From positions 72,912,001 through 72,976,000 of the forward strand of contig CM060733.1 in NCBI GenBank assembly GCA_030704615.1: a stretch of 64,000 bases of DNA, in the 5' to 3' direction. The stretch is from Takakia lepidozioides (lineage: Eukaryota > Plantae > Bryophyta). Positions 56,279-64,000 of the stretch are shown here, one piece after another (positions within the stretch are counted from its first letter, which is position 1; the number at the start of each line of letters is the position of its first letter). The notes under the pieces are model-generated. The model worked only from the letters and a program-made list of their open reading frames with translations, searched no databases and was not told the origin of the DNA. The position numbers were made by a program, and so were the translations under genes.

Positions 56279-57566
56279 CATGAACTATGTAATGTGGTAT
56301 GTGGATGACCATGATTTGAAATGTGTAATTCACATCAATTCGTCGGCTGTGCAATGATATGGCCTCCAACTATACGGAGTGAGGTCTGAGTGACAACTTT
56401 TAGGTAGTGCACATTTGTCATTGCACCGTTCGAAGTCTACATGTCTTGCTGTCGCTATGCACTACAATCATCTTTTGAAGATGATCATAACTCTCATTGT
56501 TATTTGAGGAGGGAGGAAGTCTTCTCGTGGCAGCCTTTATGGCGCACACTTTGTGAGGATATTTTGTCGTCTTCGTAATTGTAAAAGTGAAACAAGCATT
56601 TGTAATTGCACAATGTTGGATGCTGCAATTGTAGGCCTCAACGCTCATCTTGATTCTATTTAGGCAAGATTCCCTGCATTAATTCCACGGTAATAGGACC
56701 ATCCACGGTTATAGGCGGCGCATGTTAATGCTGACGTGGCAGTTGACGGACAGTGCCACGTCATCATTTGCCGCCACATCAGCATGCCGACATGACGCTC
56801 ACGCCACGTCAGCGTGTGTGCAGGCTCACGCCCACGCCACGTCACTCCTGCGTGAGCGTACGCTCGCGCGCTCACGTGCAACGCTCACGCCATTGCGTCG
56901 TTGGGCGCGTCATGGGACCTTCAACTGGCCGTCATCCATTCAATTGAGGTTGGATGGATGGGGAGGGGATCGACGGTTCGGGGTAGTAGCCACGTGGCTG
57001 GGGATGGGGGTGGGGGGTCACTCCGGCACTGAAAGGGGGATCAACCCAGTGAGGGGATCCACAGCGGGGGGCCGCCATGTGCTTGAGATCGGGGGTGGGA
57101 GATGGGCGCCGCGCGGCCAGCGGTGGGGCGGGGGTCAGGGGTCCCGGGCGGGCGGGCGGGGGCGGGGGCGGGCAACGGGCGGAGGGGTGGGGATGATTTG
57201 ACATGGGGCGTCCAGCTCGCCGACGAGGCTGCCGGAGCGGGGGTTCCCCGCTCCCCCCCCCGCCTCGGTTGATGCCCCGTCCAAACCTGGAATTGATCCC
57301 CCTCTCTTCTTCTACCACCACGTGGCGGTCTCCGTAGCCATCGATCCCCTCGTCCCATCCAAGACCCGATCCCCCGAGCCACCGCTCCCCCCGCCTCTGG
57401 TTGATCCCCCCGCCGCCATGCCACGTGTCTTCCACCCTTGACCCCCCGCGCGTCAACGACGGAACAGGTGATCGTTCCCCCCATGCGTCCCCTCCGTTGA
57501 TCACCACGGACTGATCCATTTCCGCTTCCCCCCCCCCCCCCACCCCCACCCCTGATCCCCCCATCC

Positions 57567-57617
<51 letters not shown>

Positions 57618-57909
57618 GAGCAATCCCCCTTCCACGTGTCAAATGTCAAGGCTGTTTGCACGTGGCTATCATTCTGTTCATCTATGTCGTCCTCCCCCAT
57701 CCAATGGCCATGCACGTCCCCCGCCATTTTGGTCTGTCACATGAACGGTGTGGATGTATTGAAATTTAGGGTTTCCGGCTGCTCGCAAATTTGATCCTCT
57801 TTGCGCGCGTGTATGCTGCACTTGCGCATGTAGTTTGCTGCTGTGTACTGTTTCCGCAGGACGCGTGTGGTCTGCGGATGTGTACTGTTCCTGCAGGGGT
57901 GCCGGGCAT

Positions 57910-58160
57910 CATGACTGGATCTTCGGAGTTGCGCACATCATTCCTTCTATCACAGCTGCGTGCCCCCCGGATGGTTCCTTCAACCAAAGGTCGCTTATAT
58001 GGACTCCAACTATTTCAAGTGGAGGTGGACATCGTGTATATACGGATGTTGCGGTCATTCCTTGGAGCAGGATCGACGATTTTGTGAGAAGGGAGGAAGA
58101 AAGGGCAGAACCAGTTTGGGAGCTAGGCGCGCATATCAAAGCGAGTAACTATGACTTGAA
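57910..58160 (+). pseudogene. N-terminal fragment of a second plant SWIM/MULE-derived protein
   Basis: PPDGSFNQRSLIW...DVAVIPWSRIDDFVRREE resembles, from memory, the N-terminus of plant SWIM zinc-finger proteins; truncated. Confidence 0.45.
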
Positions 58161-58610
58161 GGGAAATTTACTAAAGTGAGGTGCGCGACAGTCTGCTAGG
58201 GTCTCCTAAGGTCTGTCGGGTCTGGCCTGCTCTGCAACGGCAACCGCGTTAAAGACCCAATTATTCAAAAATGAGAGGCTATATACACTCGATCGGTAGT
58301 GCCTGGGTCCACATATATAGGCCATTAAAAAGATGTACACTTTTCTATGAAGAAAGATTCAGATCTCCCAAGAAATCAGCCTAGAATACCAAGGAGTCAA
58401 TAGCACTACAAAACCCCAAAAAGAAAAAAAAACCAAAATGCTATAAAGAGTTCTCCAACTCGGGTTTGGCAAAACTATACCCTAAACCTCCATCTTTTAG
58501 CCTATGCCATAATTGACTGACCACTGGGCCCTAAACTTTTTCGATCAGGGCTTCGAAGAGTTGAATGATAGCTGCCTATTAGTGCTTTGGGAGCACTCAT
58601 TGTAAGACAG

Positions 58611-60612
58611 ATGAGGGCGAGGATGATGGGCCTCAGAGTGCAAGGTTTTTCTTCTAAGATTGTCTCTAGATTCTCACAATTATTTGTCCCTCAGTCCTCT
58701 CTGTCTCATCGTTCCATTGCGCGCGGTCCTGGATCTGGGGTTTCCGCTCATACTGATTTCAGTGTATGGAGCACGAGCTTTGAGCTGCAGCATCAGCACA
58801 ACTACCACGTAGGGTTCTGGGCTGGCAATCCAAGTGAAGCACTTGGTACCTTCTCTAGCACCTGAATTCCTCTATCCTGGAGCATTTCAAGAATCTATGT
58901 TCTGTCTCCGTGAGTACTTGATATGCCAACAAGGGATAATGGGTGAGTTGATGGGGAACTAGTGTAGTACTTGACTGTGCTTGCCAGATTCGATGTGCTT
59001 GGTCAATACTAAGCGGGTTGGTGGATGGTCAATAAACGTCTCTTGTTCGTGTGCTCTCGATGAGAATCTCCATTTGGAAGTTTGTCCTCCCGCCATCACT
59101 TCATATCTTTAGGATATCATCTGGACTCAGGCGTTGCAACGAAATTGGTTTATGATAGACAACATTTCGTTGGACGACCTAGTGTTTAGGGTTTCAGATA
59201 GTCGATGCCATTTTACTGCAATTTTTCGTCATAAATTTGAAGCTATGCAGGTTCGATCAATGCCTACATAGGCGGGAAGTCTCCCTCGGGTTGGCTTTGA
59301 GCTTACCCCTAGAACTGTATTCACATATTCAGTTAACTAGTGTTGATTTCCGGAGGTTTAGAATATGGAGAGTCAAGCCATGGCTGCAACTGAAGGATGA
59401 CTGGTCAAACAGCTTGTCTTGTTCATATGACCAAAGGAAGACGAAGCTTAAAACTGGGGAACATAGAGAGTGTACTCACAATTTTCCAAGTGTTTCCCTC
59501 ACATTACTCCCCAAGGACCTTTGTAATTTACCTGTCTTAGATTGTGACTAATCCTCTAAATCTGATGTTTTGGGGCAGAAAAACCAAGTGCAGATACTGG
59601 AACTGGGTATTTTCGACAGTGGCAAGACAATCTCTATGGGCAATTGTCTTATGTTGAAGGATACCCAAACATAGGGCTGGAATATGGGAAAAATGGAGAC
59701 CCTGGGATTGGCTGTAGTGGTCATGTCAACTCCATCAATAATCTCTTTGTCAATATCGGGTCACCGGCACATCAGGGTGCTCCTATTAGTGCTTCTTATG
59801 GTCAAGACCTCTGTACAAGAGTGGCAATCCAAGATGGAGCTGTTGAAATCTCCAGTGCTGGTCTTGCCACTAAAATTGCTGGTGTGATTCGAAATGAAAA
59901 ACCACTAGAATTGTTGAGTGACATTATGACCATGAAAAGGGGTGCAAAAAAGTTGGTTCATGCCAAACCTCACAGACTTGTCACTAAGCTCCCACAAAAT
60001 GGTTGGCATCTTTTGTCTCAACAACGAAGCTTGATGACAAACACACCTGCATCAAGCCTACCGGACAATTCTCAGGGCCTTGAACACAGGCCTTCCTTGC
60101 AAGATAAGAAAGAAGAGGAATTGAAGGAGGGCACTCGGAAGTCACTGGATGACTTTCAACATGAGGAGATAGTGGGTCCCACAGTGGACCGAGACACATC
60201 ACCTGTTGCTGATGAGTTACGGGAGTCTCTTGAACTCCTTAAGAGTTCTATATTGCACTTCAGAAAGTCTTTGGTTGTGATGGGAGCACTCCAAGTACTG
60301 GCCGCTTGTTGGAGCAATTTCTTCTGGCAAGCATCTAACCCCACGTGGCAGTTTGTCCCTTCCATCCTGGTGTCATTTGCCCTTGCCTACCTCGTCAGAG
60401 ATGCCTTGGAGCCCATGACATTTTTTGCTAAACTTGAGGAAAGGAGCCGATTGCGAATTGCCACCCTGTCTCTTATGGTCACCAAGGGGCTTTCATATTT
60501 CTTTCAGCGTGCAAACCTAGTTCTGAGAGTAGCAACCATAGGAATATTTCTTGGTTTTCTTATGAACATCTTGCCTCTTTTGATAGCTCTGCTTGGCTTG
60601 AATAGAGGGTAG
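58611..60612 (+). CDS. Uncharacterised plant membrane protein, probably organelle-targeted; 2 exons (58611-58845, 59579-60612), ~420 aa
   Basis: A phase-1 GT-AG intron joins a presequence-like exon (MRARMMGLRVQGFSSKIVSRFSQ) to a long ORF with SLDDFQHEEIVGPTVDRD and three hydrophobic segments. Confidence 0.7.
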
Positions 60613-61914
60613 TGTTGAACATTACAGACTGTTTATCCCAGTTTAGGAATTGCCAGCATGCCAGATATCATCTGCTGCTAGCACCTGTGCATTTTTGGCC
60701 TCTCATTAATAGAGAGAGGATGTACATCCTTCACTCTTCCATCAGCACTTACGATCTGAGTAAGTCTAATTCTAGCCTCAGGAATTTGGGGTTCCAATAG
60801 TTGACGAAGTCTTCCTTCTTCATGGAATGATGTTCAGAACTTCCTTTTCCGCTCAAGATGCCACTTGTGAGTGGGTCAAACATGTCACTCTTAAGGATAT
60901 GATCCTTATATTGTACTACGGCATATTAGCTGGTCGCAAGCATTCTACAGAGGCCCATTCTATTCTTAAGACCGCTGAAGTAGTATATTTGGGGAATGCT
61001 GTTATTCAGCGTCAGGAGACCCCAGGGTCTGGCATGAGAGCATATTGCTCACATGGTGACGTGGTCACTGGACTTCTGCCTGAGCATAGTGCCCAACTGG
61101 CGTGCGGTTCATCGTAGGCTGGATAATGGCCTCGGAGGGGACATTACGTGAAATCTCGGGCCAGGCCACTGTCCCTGACCCTCTTTCACATAATGCCCCC
61201 TACTCAGCCATTATCCTATACATAACAGAGACAGGGTGCATGTCAGAGACAAACTCTACACCTGCAAAGCAAGAGGAACTAAGCAAACAAAATACAAGCC
61301 GCCCCTGTGTGTTGTTACATCAGTCCTGAAGGAGTCGGCTCTATGTGAATGATGTATACTCCATCCACCTAAGATGCCAATTGCTTCAAGTGCACAGCTA
61401 TGGGATAATATCTGCCAACAGGAAACTGACAATTGTCAATTGCAAAGCTGCCGGTGTTGGCTTGAATTTCATGCTAAGTATGCTAGTAGCCAACCCACTA
61501 GTTGGGTGTTTGTGCTCCATCTGTGCATAACCAGGTTGTCCTGAGTTCTCCTCTCAGTAAAGAGACATCTGTCCATTGACTCCTTGAATTGACCCCTCCA
61601 CAACTTTACACTTTCTGAAAATGCCTAGTGTGCAGATACTACAAATCACAAACAGCCGAGACGTTCCATTGATGGGCTAGAGAAGGTTCCTTCTATTGGG
61701 TGCCTTTTTCCAATAACATTTCACGTGTATCAAATCAATTGATTGTGCACCAAAGCTGACCCACTGTAATTCAGGGCAAAAAATTGTAACTTGGAAGGTT
61801 ACCGACTGGTTAACAGCAAAATTGAACATCTGACATCCTTTGCTCACAAGATAATCTATTCTATGTAGTCGTGTATTATTCTTCTGAATCATCATAAGAA
61901 CTAGGGTAGCCTGT

Positions 61915-62280
61915 GCCGTTGGCCCAAGTGTCCAATGTCATCTAAGGTCCAAGTGCATCAATATATGAAGCAAGCCAATATCTAATCATTTCTTTTCTCC
62001 AGAGCCTACGAACAGATTTGAACCGGAGACCTTTCCCTGATATCTCTCATGTCGAGGCTTCCAACGACCAAAAGTACTTGAAATTCGTTTTAGCCATATC
62101 TCATCATTTTTCTTCCACAGAGCCTACGACCAAATTTGAATCGGAGACCTTTCCCTTGATATCTCTCTTGTCGAGGCTCCAACCACAGTCCCACGAATGC
62201 CCACTTTGCTATTTTTCGTGAATTTCCAGCGACCAAAAGTACTTGAAATTCCACATCTCCCACACCGTAGGTCCAAATGC
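61915..62280. repeat. Interspersed repeat family, copy 2 (with internal duplication)
   Basis: Shared with 30590-31045; TTTGAA.CGGAGACCTTTCC.TGATATCTCTC.TGTCGAGGCT occurs twice. Confidence 0.7.
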
Positions 62281-63299
62281 AACAGTCTCCGTACTAGATG
62301 AAACGGAAATATTCTCAAAAAACTCAAACCTAACATTATCATCCGAAATGTTACTTGTAACTCTACTTGATGATCTTGATGTCGTTGAAGCCTCCCGGAA
62401 CTTCTGCCATTCTTCCCAATCACGGAACTCTTCTTTCTCTTTTCGAATTTGATTCTTGTATATTATTGAGGTAAAGCAATTCATATGCCAAATGTTAGGC
62501 CGAATCCAGAAGATTTGTAGAATCAAAATATGTTAAGGTAAAACTGCAAGTGTAAGACAATTTCAACATCAAATCCTCGAATAAATAATTAGTGGCATAA
62601 ATACATATCAACGTAATCAGGTTATTTTTGTTGTGGGATCCAAACACGAGGATCAACATATCTTCCATACCAAGCCCAGTAGGCGTGGTCGCGACCAATA
62701 GCCTTATGAGAACACTTTGCATGGTTCTCACTGACGTAATCAACAACTGTTGAAGCTCCAACCATCTCCGTTATATATGGCCACACTTCACCCAGCCTCC
62801 TCCATTTTAGAAAAACGCCAAAAATACGCCCCACTCATCCTAGCCATCTGCCACCATGGCTGGTCCACCGGCCCCCTAACAGCCATTATTGCGGGCACTA
62901 GAGGTGGTATCCACAATGCCAGTATCTTTGCCCTCCACAATAGTTTCAAAATTCCCTTTTCCTCTATACACAAATGCTTCAAAACTATCCACCTGACTGC
63001 GCTACGCTCCCTCACCGCTATTATTACCAATAAAAGGCAGCTTGAATCACATACTTCTCTGGCCCCTTTATACCCCACATACCCCAGGGGTTCCCTCCAG
63101 ATCCACCTGCCCATGGTTTACGGGGTGCCCTCCGGGCACCCACCAGCTTTTTATAGGGCCCACCCCCGAAAGGGGGCAGTAGCCGCAAGACGAAGTGGCT
63201 CTTAGTTACGCCGGCTTCGGTCGGAGTCATCTCTCTCTCTGACCACACTGCTTTTGTCATATCAGCCTAGTCACCCAAGCCCTTTAGTGATTGCTTGAA

Positions 63300-63740
63300 T
63301 GAGAAAAAGAACTATCCAGTATTTAGTGGGTTTCGGAGGCCCTTTGATGGCTCATCATCCACAAAGAGTATTGCCCCTGCCTCGCAAACGGTCTAGCAGG
63401 GAACTTGGCAAGAACACTGCGAATATCCTTAACGAGATATTTCATCCCGGGTTTGATGTAACCAGTGGTATCCTTGCAATCCTCAGCTGACTAGCTAAAG
63501 TAAAACTTCTTCGCAATTTCCGGCGGAACGAAACACTCCAACATCCTACGAACAACACCTTGTTCAACGCATGACCAAATCGCCACATGCATATGCGTCA
63601 ATGCAAGCTTTAGAAACTCCAACACTCCGGGCCGATGAACCACCAAAGTTCTGTCGGGAACTTGAATTGTAACATTCCTCGATATTCCTCTCTTGGGGGA
63701 CGCGATGGGAGGGCGGAGCGCCAGTCTCCCGCTCAACTCT
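63300..63740 (-). pseudogene. FCP1/NIF-type HAD phosphatase domain relic
   Basis: VVHRPGVLEFLK...VAIWSC; after a stop YLVKDIRSV, then in a shifted frame ILFVDDEPSKGLRNPLNTG. DxDxT motif not found. Confidence 0.6.
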
Positions 63741-64000
63741 CTGCTAACTCTTCCGCTAAACTGTTATTTTTAGGGTTATGCTATTTTTATCTCTAATCCC
63801 CGTGTTTTCTTTCACCCATGTTAGCAACACCCCCTGTTTAATGCCCACTAGCGATTGTAGCTATGCTCGCCGCCATAGCTTAAGTCCAAGCTTCTTTTGA
63901 TGCTGCGCACTGGGAGCATAGCTCAACCCCTTCGTAGTCCTTTCTTTTTACCTTCATCTTTCTGAGGCGCTTCTTGCATGTCATTTCTTGCAGGTTTCCA

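Larger units (their letters stand above)
44900..57640. mobile_element. Mutator/Foldback-like DNA transposon carrying a transposase and a divergent ParB-methyltransferase gene; exact termini not resolved
   Basis: MULE-type transposase and a cargo gene are bracketed by related GC-rich GGGGATC/CACGTGGC arrays (44900-45780; 56690-57640). Their inner ends are inverted (GGCGTGAGC...CACGTGAGCGCG). No TSD identified. Confidence 0.7.

Overview
Repeat-rich nuclear DNA of a non-seed land plant, most consistent with a bryophyte (spliceosomal introns, a PLS-DYW PPR relic and an ACAD8-type gene), with a 500-N gap at 19522-20021. Host genes are an intact 13-exon mitochondrial isobutyryl-CoA dehydrogenase-like gene (minus, 37569-31568) and a 2-exon membrane-protein gene (58611-60612). 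Most of the rest is nested or rearranged TEs: Ty3/Gypsy pieces, three copies of one LTR family with an extra 3' ORF, a Helitron2-like relic, SINE-like heads and a DYW-PPR pseudogene. Two things stand out. (1) A ~13 kb Mutator/Foldback-like DNA transposon (~44.9-57.6 kb). Its GCM-like/DDE/SWIM transposase is head-to-head with a 9-exon gene fusing a ParB/Srx-type domain (DGNHRLLA) to a beta-class N6A/N4C DNA-methyltransferase-like domain. Introns of that gene carry at least 11 copies of a conserved 22-bp palindrome (TGAATGTCGT-CA-ACGACATTCA). This is a candidate transposon-borne ParB/parS-like, self-marking or anti-silencing system. (2) A Ty3/Gypsy pol with two long-diverged tandem RT-RNase H units ahead of a single integrase. 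All homology calls are by eye from motifs; no searches were run.
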